DNA of 64,000 nt, from IMG/VR virus record IMGVR_UViG_3300009181_007093; one strand, given 5' to 3'. Both the position numbers and the translations under genes were made by a program. The DNA comes from a virus. Positions 1 through 7,784 of this stretch are shown here, one piece after another. Every line of letters starts with the position of its first letter. Within the stretch, counting starts at the first letter, position 1. The notes under the pieces are model-generated. The model made no database searches. It worked only from the letters and a program-made list of their open reading frames with translations, and was not told the origin of the DNA.

Positions 1-126
1 ATTAACTACAAAAGTTTCTGCTTTGTTCCCTTGTTCATCTATGCAATAAACCTTATCGCCTTTTTGAAAATCACAAATTTTCTTAAGTCCTTTAGGCGTA
101 GGTATATATGTATCTTGGTGCACAGA
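1..126 (-). mobile_element. Intein N-terminal splicing region in dnaE, inserted at GFNK|S (partial)
   Basis: The expected GFNKSHA is replaced by GFNK-SVHQDTYIPTPKGLKKICDFQKGDKVYCIDEQG, an intein block A-like sequence starting with Ser. Confidence 0.8.
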
Positions 127-1491
127 TTTATTAAATCCATATTCAGAAAAAGCTTCAACTTGCTGATACAGATGGTTTATTGCTTCTTCACTTATTCCAA
201 GATTCTTTTTACCATTTATTAAAAAAGCCTCTTTATACTTTATAAAACTCTCTACCTTCTTTTTTGATATTGCTTTTCTTACTAACTCGCAATCTTTTAG
301 CGGTATGTTACCAACAACATTAAGCACTCTCATTACTTGTTCTTGATAAATCATCACGCCATAAGTTTCGCCTAATATCGGCTGCATTAATGGGTGCAGT
401 TGATAATCTTCTCTCTTCTTTTTTCTTTCTATATACCTTTCCTGCATTTTCATGTTTAATGCGGAAGGTCTGTTAAGGCTCGTATAGGCAACTAAATCTT
501 CAAAATTATCCACACCTCCTGTTCGGCACATGTTCCTGACTGTTTCACTGTCAAATTGAAATATGCCTTTAAGATCGCCTATATTTGCCATGCTAATGCT
601 AAGAGGATCATTTCTCCAAGCAGCAACATCACTCCAATCTGACCTACCTTTTAATGCACATATACTTTCTAAATTGTGTCTGGACTTAACCAATTCACAA
701 CAAAGTGCAACTTGTAATAAGTTAGAAACAACCAATAGATCAAACTTTACAAGACCAACAGGTTGCAAATCTTGCCCATGAAGACCTTCTACCCAAGAAG
801 ACGCTTGTGGGCTGTCTTTCCTTTTAACAAGCGGTACTAAGTCAGATAAAGGTGTACTTGAAATGATAAGACCACCTGCATGAACTCCCATGCCTCTGTT
901 TCTATGCAGTAGTTTCTTAGCAGATTCTGCTATATCTTTGTTGTCCGAGCAGTATTTTTTTAAATCAGGATACAGCTTCATTGCTGCGTCCCATGTCATA
1001 TCTTTGCCTTCGTCGTCTTTTGCATCTAAACTTTTTGTTAATCCAAGAATTTCATCTCTACTTTTACCATAAACACGAACCATATCAATTAAAGCAGACT
1101 TGATTCCAAATGTAGTATAATTTCCAATATTGCAAACATATTCTTCTCCAAAAGTTTTTGGTGCCCAACTTTCTTTAATATAATTTCTTACCTGCTGGAT
1201 ATAATCCGAGTCTATATCAGGAAAATCTCCATATGTACACGTTGGATCCAATTCTATTGAATGTTCGGATACAACTCCTAATAGCCAGCAAATTAAAAGG
1301 TTATTCTGATTAACAGCGTATCTTATATTTTTCTCATATAAATTATAAAAATAATCAATTTTATTTTTCGCTTCTATTTCCTCTATTTCCCACTTTAATC
1401 TTTTTTGATAACGAGCATCATTAAACAAACCTTTTTCTATAAGATTTTTCTTGCAAATATCAAGTATTTTTTCTTTAATAGGATTATTCAT
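1..1491 (-). CDS. dnaE: DNA polymerase III alpha, C-terminal gene (palm/thumb/fingers); runs off the left edge; missing from the ORF track
   Basis: Manual translation from ATG 1491: MNNPIKEK...FPDIDSDY...GVHAGG...GLVKFDLL...GIFQFDS...NRP...ETYGVMIYQEQVM...SEYGFNK; frame open to base 1. Confidence 0.95.
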   Translation of the reverse strand, partial: MNNPIKEKILDICKKNLIEKGLFNDARYQKRLKWEIEEIEAKNKIDYFYNLYEKNIRYAVNQNNLLICWLLGVVSEHSIELDPTCTYGDFPDIDSDYIQQVRNYIKESWAPKTFGEEYVCNIGNYTTFGIKSALIDMVRVYGKSRDEILGLTKSLDAKDDEGKDMTWDAAMKLYPDLKKYCSDNKDIAESAKKLLHRNRGMGVHAGGLIISSTPLSDLVPLVKRKDSPQASSWVEGLHGQDLQPVGLVKFDLLVVSNLLQVALCCELVKSRHNLESICALKGRSDWSDVAAWRNDPLSISMANIGDLKGIFQFDSETVRNMCRTGGVDNFEDLVAYTSLNRPSALNMKMQERYIERKKKREDYQLHPLMQPILGETYGVMIYQEQVMRVLNVVGNIPLKDCELVRKAISKKKVESFIKYKEAFLINGKKNLGISEEAINHLYQQVEAFSEYGFNKSVHQDTYIPTPKGLKKICDFQKGDKVYCIDEQGNKAETFVVN

Positions 1492-1604
1492 TGCGGAAGA
1501 AAAACAAAGCGATTCTCGCCATGTATAGCATAGTTTGTCAAAAAAATACCCACAGTTGGTATTCTACAACAGATAAAACATACCTGTCAATAACATATTT
1601 TTAT

Positions 1605-2507
1605 TTACTGAAGCACACTGGAATCAAAATTTCCATCTATTTTATTTTTGTTATGATGATGGTGGTGATGATGGTGGTGGTGATGGTAGGTTTTTCCTGA
1701 GTCATCGCCTTCTTCGCCTTCGTCTTCTTCTTCAGCGTCTTCTTCGGCGTCTTCCTCAGCATCGTATTCAGCGTCTTCGGAGCCTTCCTCAGAGTCTTCT
1801 TCAGAGCCTTCTTCAGAATCATATTCAGCGTCTTCGGAGCCTTCCTCAGAGTCTTCCTCAGAGCCTTCCTCAGAGTCTTCTTCAGGTTCATTCTCCGAGT
1901 CATATTCTGACTCATCCCCTTCTACGTCTGGTCCAAACCCAATCGGAGTAGCAACCATTTCATTAATTGTATTTAACAATTTTTTTGAATAATGCTCATT
2001 TGTTACTGCTATTTTTGCTAATATCTTTAATGCTTCGTCGTGGCTCAACATCTCTAGCAAAAATGATTCAAAAATTTTGCTTCGTTTAACAGCTCTGACC
2101 AATGTTGATACGTTTTCCTTATTACACTTACAAGATTCAATAACATCTTTTGCAAGATCATGTATTTGACATCTGCATTCATTCTTTGTTAGATCTTTTG
2201 TAAATTCTGCCATGGACAAGTTTTTTGTTTCATTAATCCACTCGCTAACGCTTTTCTTTTGTAGGTTTTTCATTCCCTTATGTCCTAAAGCTTTTGGATC
2301 ATCTTTGTTAGGGTTTTGACCATTCGTTCCTGAAATATATGAAGCAGGTTCTCCGACTGGTCCTTTTCCACCAGCGTGCTTGTGCATTTTCTCTTTTTCA
2401 GGCTTACGGACTACATCGCCTGAATAATCTGCTACCTTCTCAACTTTTGGCTTAACAACCAATTTTTTATTGGTATCAATATACTCTTGGAAGGTTTTAT
2501 ATTTCAT
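1605..2507 (-). CDS. Hypothetical protein with acidic repeats and an 11-His tract; CTS-like N-terminus
   Basis: ORF; MKYKTFQEYI start; (EEDSEEGS)n repeats; YH11N. Confidence 0.8.
   Translation of the reverse strand: MKYKTFQEYIDTNKKLVVKPKVEKVADYSGDVVRKPEKEKMHKHAGGKGPVGEPASYISGTNGQNPNKDDPKALGHKGMKNLQKKSVSEWINETKNLSMAEFTKDLTKNECRCQIHDLAKDVIESCKCNKENVSTLVRAVKRSKIFESFLLEMLSHDEALKILAKIAVTNEHYSKKLLNTINEMVATPIGFGPDVEGDESEYDSENEPEEDSEEGSEEDSEEGSEDAEYDSEEGSEEDSEEGSEDAEYDAEEDAEEDAEEEDEGEEGDDSGKTYHHHHHHHHHHHNKNKIDGNFDSSVLQ
1735..1885. repeat. Coding tandem repeats (12/24-bp units nested in ~60-bp units)
   Basis: Repeated tcagagccttcctcagagtcttc and attcagcgtcttcggagcc. Confidence 0.8.
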
Positions 2508-2559
2508 CTGATTCTCCTTTGTTACCCTATTGAAATATATATATGCTTTATGTTTAAAA

Positions 2560-3285
2560 CTAATTAAGTCTTTTTTTTAACATTTTACAGTATGTATCAC
2601 TAATTTCTGAAGATATCCACTTTCTATTTAAATTTTTACAACATTTCGCAACGGTTCCAGTTCCTGCAAAAGGGTCATAAATCAAATCGTTTTCATTGCT
2701 AAAGTTTTCTAAAATCTTGTTTACAAGGTCTTCTGGAAATGCTGCACCATGTCCTTTTGCTGTTGTTTTTTGCCTTTTAATTTGCCAAATATCATTAAGT
2801 TCGCCTCTGGGGAAATTGCACTTTTCAAAAGCTCTAGATATTGAATTTTCTTTTTTCTCTAAAACTAGTATTATTTCATGCTGGCGGTTTAAAACGCTAT
2901 GATGCATAGATGGCTGTGCATGGCATTTATCCCATATTATGATATCTTTTATATTTTCAGAAAAATCACCAATCATTTTGAAAAAAGCACGTTTTGACCC
3001 AGTAACAATTGATATATTATAAAAGGTTATTTTAGAAACTCTAATAAGATCCGACAAAATAGCTTTGTGATTAGAGTAAAAGTCTTCTATTGGCACATTA
3101 TCAGAAAACTCAGAATACTTCGTGCTGAACTCTTCTTTTATAATTTGTCTTGAACAATAAGAACCATTCCTGATCCTTAGGTTCATATTATACGGAGGAG
3201 ATGTTAAAGATAAGTCTACAAAGCCATCCGGCATTCTAGACATAGTTTCCAAACAATCTTCGTTATAAATTTTGTTAATTTCCAT
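2560..3285 (-). CDS. Beta-class DNA methyltransferase (N4-C/N6-A)
   Basis: TSPPY catalytic motif precedes DPFAGTGT SAM motif; likely start MEINKIYNEDCLE at 3285 overlaps the dnaE-N stop. Confidence 0.9.
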   Translation of the reverse strand: MEINKIYNEDCLETMSRMPDGFVDLSLTSPPYNMNLRIRNGSYCSRQIIKEEFSTKYSEFSDNVPIEDFYSNHKAILSDLIRVSKITFYNISIVTGSKRAFFKMIGDFSENIKDIIIWDKCHAQPSMHHSVLNRQHEIILVLEKKENSISRAFEKCNFPRGELNDIWQIKRQKTTAKGHGAAFPEDLVNKILENFSNENDLIYDPFAGTGTVAKCCKNLNRKWISSEISDTYCKMLKKRLN

Positions 3286-4681
3286 CAAAAACTTCACTAA
3301 CAGGTAATGGATCAATATTCTTAAATTCTAAAGATATAGATCTTCCTCCTCTTGCTTCACTCATAAAACGACTAAACAAAAGTCCTTCTGCCACTGGATC
3401 TACATTAGTTATCCCTAAACAATAACAAGTCAAAGCTCCAGCAGCCGACCCCCGCCCGGGGCCAACGGCTTGACTGCCATCGCCCCACCCTAACAAACTA
3501 GGGCAAATCCTTCGTGCCTCGTCTGTCATCATTTTTTGAATCAAAAAATAACTAGAAAAACCCTTTCTTGTTATAAGGGAATATTCTTCTTTTATTCTTT
3601 CTAAATATTCTTTATTTTTTGGAAGATTTCTAAAAACAAATCCTTTCATTACTTCTTCTTTAAGAGATTCATCTGCGTCAGGAAGTATGGGAAGCTTTAA
3701 ACTTCTATCTAGCTGAACACCTTTTGCTCTTTCACAAATTTTTACTGTATTCCTTTTAGCTTCACAAAATAATTCATATGGTATCGTGTCCGAATATTGG
3801 TCTAACCATTTTTTATTTAATTCTTCTTCGCTTTTCATCCATAAACTAGCATCCTGTAACTCAAAAAAGTCTTGTGCCTCATCGGCTTCTATCGCCTTTT
3901 GTATTTCTTGAACAGTTCTATTGGTCTGAACCATCAACATAAGTCTTTGAAACTTACTGTCTTCCTGATTGCAATAATGACAGTCGTTAGACAAAATGAG
4001 TGGCAATCCGTACTTTTCATGTGCCTTAATTATAAAAGCATCATAAGGCTTTTGCTTCTTAAAATCTAAAAGCATTAATTCCAAGAAGTAATGGTCTTTA
4101 CCAACCATTTCTACATATCGTTCAATAACGGCACAAGCTGCTTCTTCACCGCCTTTATCAAAAGCTCTGCCTACTTCGCTACTATAGCAGCAACTAGTGA
4201 AGAATAAGCCTTCTTTATGTTTTATAAGCTGTTCATAATTAACTCTTGGCTTTCTATAAAAGCCTTTAGTCCAACCCCAACTAGTAAGTCTAACAAGGTT
4301 TTTATATCCAATATCGTTATATGCAATTGCTAAAAGATGCGGACTGGCTTTTATTTCACTCTTCTCTTCTTCATTGAGATCCAGAATAAACTTTTGAACG
4401 TCTGCTAGTCCATTTGATTCTGGCTGAAGGCGATTAATATAAAGTTCGGCGGCAAATATAGGGGATAAAGTGTCTTTGCCTTTCTTTTCATTTATTCTTT
4501 CACATGCTTTTATTTGTCTTGGTACAGCACCAAGCATACCGTGATCGCTCACAGTAAGAAATTTCTGATTAATTTGAGGTGCCCTTTGGGCATATTCCTC
4601 TGTTAAACCGAAGCCATCTAAAAGACTAAAATCTGTATGAAGATGGAGATGTTCAAAGCCTACGATATCACAAGTTTTCAT
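3275..4681 (-). CDS. dnaE: DNA polymerase III alpha, N-terminal gene (PHP domain plus start of palm)
   Basis: HLHLHTDFSLLDG, SDHG, NDCHY, GPGRGSAAG, LLFSRFM; ends before the PDID motif. Confidence 0.95.
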   Translation of the reverse strand: MKTCDIVGFEHLHLHTDFSLLDGFGLTEEYAQRAPQINQKFLTVSDHGMLGAVPRQIKACERINEKKGKDTLSPIFAAELYINRLQPESNGLADVQKFILDLNEEEKSEIKASPHLLAIAYNDIGYKNLVRLTSWGWTKGFYRKPRVNYEQLIKHKEGLFFTSCCYSSEVGRAFDKGGEEAACAVIERYVEMVGKDHYFLELMLLDFKKQKPYDAFIIKAHEKYGLPLILSNDCHYCNQEDSKFQRLMLMVQTNRTVQEIQKAIEADEAQDFFELQDASLWMKSEEELNKKWLDQYSDTIPYELFCEAKRNTVKICERAKGVQLDRSLKLPILPDADESLKEEVMKGFVFRNLPKNKEYLERIKEEYSLITRKGFSSYFLIQKMMTDEARRICPSLLGWGDGSQAVGPGRGSAAGALTCYCLGITNVDPVAEGLLFSRFMSEARGGRSISLEFKNIDPLPVSEVFDGN

Positions 4682-4771
4682 TTGTGTTTAATGGCTGAAG
4701 TTTTCAAATAATTGATGAGTCTTAACTCAAAAGTATCATAATCAATAAAAATTTGCAATGGAAGATATGAT

Positions 4772-5893
4772 CTAAATGCAAACTTTCTCTCTTTCCCTAA
4801 CAACTCCACACAATATTTCTGCTCCAGTAATTTTCAACTCTTTCCTAATTCTGTCTCTAATTTTTTTATATTTTATAACTTCTTTGGGTGGTTTAGAAAA
4901 AGTTGGCATTCTACCTTCTAAAAAATCTTCCAATATTTGTTTTATATTTTTAAAATCCCAATATGGAATAATCAAAAGAGAACCTTTTTTCAAACAGAAC
5001 TTTATTCTTTTATGATCACTATTTATATTTCTTTTTAGGTTAATAATGTGTGCATTTTTTCTTTTAGAACCAAAGCTGGTCGGGATATAATGCTGCTCCC
5101 CATTATATTCTATTAACAGATTTAATTCTTTTATTACAAAGTCTATGCGGCATGTTTTTGTTTTATGTTGGTGCAAGAAGTTTACTCCTTCTTTCCATCC
5201 TTTATCTTCAAAAAACTTTAGAATAGCTTTTTCGCCCTTTGAATAAGTACAATTTGGACATCCCCTCCCTTGAATATGGCCATTTGGTGTTTGCGAAAAA
5301 GTAATTCCACACCCTACTTTTACACCATCTACAATCTTTTTACAAATTATACGGACTTTTTTTCTGGCGTTGATGTACTTTACTTTATCATAACAATATT
5401 TCTTCCCATGCTTCTTTTCCGATTTTTCAATGAACGTTTCTGTAGTGTCTTTTATACCAATGTTACAATTTGGACATCCATGCCCTCCAATATGGCTATT
5501 TGGACTTTGCGAAAAAGTAATTCCACACCCTACTTTTACACCATCTACAAACTCGTTGCAAATTATACTAACTTTTATTTGTGAGCCTACGTACTTTACT
5601 TTATCATAACAATATTTCTTCCCATGCTTCTTTTCCGATTTTTTAATGAACGTTTCTGTAGTGTCTTTGTTTTTACAGCTCGGACATCCCTGCCCTCGAA
5701 TATGGTCTCCTGGTGTTTGCGAAAAAGTAATTCCACACCCTACTTTTACACCATCTACAAACTCATTGCAAATTATACTAACTTTTGTTCTGGAGCCTAC
5801 GTACTTTACTTTATCATAACAATATTTCTTCCCATGCGTCTTTTCCGATTTTTCAATGAACGTTTCTGTAGTGTCTTTTTTCCTAATATTCAT
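4772..5893 (-). CDS. Putative homing endonuclease: three Cys-containing repeats plus a C-terminal Vsr/PD-(D/E)XK-like domain
   Basis: 3x KDTTETFIEKSEKKHGKKYCYDKVKY...GCPxC; RIDF...IEYNGEQHY. Confidence 0.8.
   Translation of the reverse strand: MNIRKKDTTETFIEKSEKTHGKKYCYDKVKYVGSRTKVSIICNEFVDGVKVGCGITFSQTPGDHIRGQGCPSCKNKDTTETFIKKSEKKHGKKYCYDKVKYVGSQIKVSIICNEFVDGVKVGCGITFSQSPNSHIGGHGCPNCNIGIKDTTETFIEKSEKKHGKKYCYDKVKYINARKKVRIICKKIVDGVKVGCGITFSQTPNGHIQGRGCPNCTYSKGEKAILKFFEDKGWKEGVNFLHQHKTKTCRIDFVIKELNLLIEYNGEQHYIPTSFGSKRKNAHIINLKRNINSDHKRIKFCLKKGSLLIIPYWDFKNIKQILEDFLEGRMPTFSKPPKEVIKYKKIRDRIRKELKITGAEILCGVVREREKVCI
5250..5880. repeat. Three near-identical ~210-220-bp coding repeats
   Basis: tttgcgaaaaagtaattccacaccctacttttacaccatctacaa recurs at about 5290, 5506 and 5716. 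Confidence 0.9.
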
Positions 5894-6105
5894 GGTGTCA
5901 TTGCTTCTACTAAATCCCCAACCGTTTCTAAATTTAATACTTCATCTTGACTAATACTTTTATCTAATTCTTTCTCAATATGAAAAAGTAAATCTATTTT
6001 GCTTAAACTATCTTCTACAATCTCTGCCAGCAGAGTTGCTTTTGTGACCTCTATTCCTACTTGTTCCAGAATTATTCTCTTAATTTTTTCTTCAATATCC
6101 AACAT
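5890..6105 (-). CDS. acpP: Acyl carrier protein
   Basis: 71 aa, acidic; DSL phosphopantetheine motif; IEKEL..ISQDE..LETVGDLV. Confidence 0.8.
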   Translation of the reverse strand: MLDIEEKIKRIILEQVGIEVTKATLLAEIVEDSLSKIDLLFHIEKELDKSISQDEVLNLETVGDLVEAMTP

Positions 6106-6175
6106 GAAAATCTCCGGTAGTCAAAACTTACAAAAATCTACAGTTATGATTTTCACTTGATTCTGGCTATTTCAC

Positions 6176-6204
6176 AACTTATATCATCTTTGACTAATTG
6201 TCAA
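6176..6204 (-). promoter_or_regulatory. Sigma70-type promoter for acp
   Basis: TTGACA-17-TAAGTT. Confidence 0.5.
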
Positions 6205-6231
6205 TTCCTCTTTTCATATTTTTTTAAAAAT

Positions 6232-6239
6232 TATAAATA
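6232..6239 (+). promoter_or_regulatory. T4-type late promoter TATAAATA
   Basis: Exact TATAAATA 8 nt before ATG 6248. Confidence 0.55.
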
Positions 6240-6247
6240 CATATATT

Positions 6248-6631
6248 ATGATTCTTACTAACCCAATAACTTTCACTCCACCGCCTACAAATCGAGATGG
6301 AGTTATCACAACATACGAACCTGTTGTTTGTTCTGATCTAGAAATTATATTAACCGACAACAATTATCATAAAATAGTAACTGTAAAGGTACGTGTTCGG
6401 AATGGTCCTTCTCATTGCGTCTTTTTTTTGAAATTATGGTCAGGAAAAGGATATGATGGTGCTGGGGATTACACACAAGATATGATTGAATCTAAAATAT
6501 TAAACTTATTAGGAGACAATAGCTCAAAAACTATAGAGTCTCTTATGGAAAGTTATAATAAACCACAACAAAAAATTGTTCAAATCCAAGCACGAAAACT
6601 TAAAAACACTTCACAAATTAAAATGTTTTAA
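6248..6631 (+). CDS. Hypothetical protein
   Basis: 127-aa ORF behind a late-promoter motif. Confidence 0.7.
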   Translation: MILTNPITFTPPPTNRDGVITTYEPVVCSDLEIILTDNNYHKIVTVKVRVRNGPSHCVFFLKLWSGKGYDGAGDYTQDMIESKILNLLGDNSSKTIESLMESYNKPQQKIVQIQARKLKNTSQIKMF

Positions 6632-6642
6632 TGCTAGTTCAT

Positions 6643-6930
6643 TCACTCGTGAATAGAAATAATGTGGTTACGACTAAAGTAAAGATTTATAAAAAACCCA
6701 CAAAATGCACTTAAAATATTACTAACTATTGGATAGCTGTATTCCTCTACAGGATTAATGAATAAGCTAAGAATTAAACTGAACCAAAAACTTGAGCATT
6801 CATGGCACAATAATACTTTATTTAAATAAGGAATGGTTGCCACCTTATTCCTTATTGGTGTGCTAACTTCTGTATCATGCCATGCGTAGCAAATTCCTAG
6901 GGACGATAAAAGATAAATAATTATTTCCAT
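6643..6930 (-). CDS. Small membrane protein, DUF1360-like
   Basis: Hydrophobic segments; LLCHECSSFW motif. Confidence 0.6.
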   Translation of the reverse strand: MEIIIYLLSSLGICYAWHDTEVSTPIRNKVATIPYLNKVLLCHECSSFWFSLILSLFINPVEEYSYPIVSNILSAFCGFFINLYFSRNHIISIHE

Positions 6931-6944
6931 AATTAGTCCATGAT

Positions 6945-7349
6945 TTATAAAAAGTATACAGCTACTGCGTCGTCTCGTTCTGCTACGCTAAACCCTCTGA
7001 ATGATTTGCCCGCAAGAGTTTTTGAAAATTCACTCCATGCAGTTTGAGTTTTGTCTATAATGAAAACTTTTCCATTGTAATTATTTGCTTGTCTTTGTTC
7101 GTTTCCAGATTTTATTATTTCTGCTAGTTCTTCTTGATTCTTAACATACTTATTTAAAACCGTTGAGTCCTTTTGTAGTGCTTCTGTAAAGAATTTAAAA
7201 ACTCTACCTCTACAGGAACAGTTTGGATTGCTTCTATAAGAAACTAAGTCAGCTAATATTTCTGGAAAATCTTTTTTAATTTCCTCAAAAACAACATCAT
7301 TTCTTATGAGAAAATTTAAAGAATCTGGCAGGTTCATTATAGTAATCAT
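6945..7349 (-). CDS. Hypothetical protein
   Basis: 134-aa ORF; NPNCSCRG. Confidence 0.7.
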   Translation of the reverse strand: MITIMNLPDSLNFLIRNDVVFEEIKKDFPEILADLVSYRSNPNCSCRGRVFKFFTEALQKDSTVLNKYVKNQEELAEIIKSGNEQRQANNYNGKVFIIDKTQTAWSEFSKTLAGKSFRGFSVAERDDAVAVYFL

Positions 7350-7406
7350 TTTTAGTCCCTTTGTTGCAAGTGAATAAACGGGCGAAAATACAATTGTTTG
7401 CTAATA

Positions 7407-7435
7407 ATTCTAACAAAAATATACTTTAATGTCAA
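7407..7435 (-). promoter_or_regulatory. Strong sigma70-type promoter
   Basis: TTGACA-17-TAGAAT with TGn extended -10. Confidence 0.8.
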
Positions 7436-7508
7436 CAGGATTCAACGAAATTCCACATTGGTTTGTGCTCCAACGGAATGCGATCTATGATAGTATCATA
7501 GTGTGCTA

Positions 7509-7784
7509 CTAAAATACTTGCTCTTTGCTTTTTTTGAATTCTTCAAAAGCCAATTCTAAAGTTTTTGCTTCTTCTTCCAAAGCTTTTAGTTCTAATTGAA
7601 CCTTCTCATAAAAAGTTTTTAGTTCTAATTTTTTAATTTTTTTGTCTTCAAATATTTGAGATATTTTCTTTGAAAATTCAACAAATTCTTCTGTCAAAAG
7701 ATACTCATTTTTTTCCATATTTTCCTCCAATTTACCATCTAAAGGTTTTTTATCCTTGCTTTGTATATATCGTTTTTTAGCCAT
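7509..7784 (-). CDS. Hypothetical coiled-coil protein
   Basis: ORF overlapping the spoVR stop; K/E-rich. Confidence 0.7.
   Translation of the reverse strand: MAKKRYIQSKDKKPLDGKLEENMEKNEYLLTEEFVEFSKKISQIFEDKKIKKLELKTFYEKVQLELKALEEEAKTLELAFEEFKKSKEQVF

Noticed and set aside
31-1072. Plus-strand ORFs 31-222, 563-781 and 890-1072
   Set aside because: Antisense to the dnaE C-terminal gene
1492-3274. Self-splicing intron or split intein joining the dnaE halves
   Set aside because: No intein motifs at the N-gene end or C-gene start, no group I/II core recognised, and the C-gene has its own start and a duplicated segment
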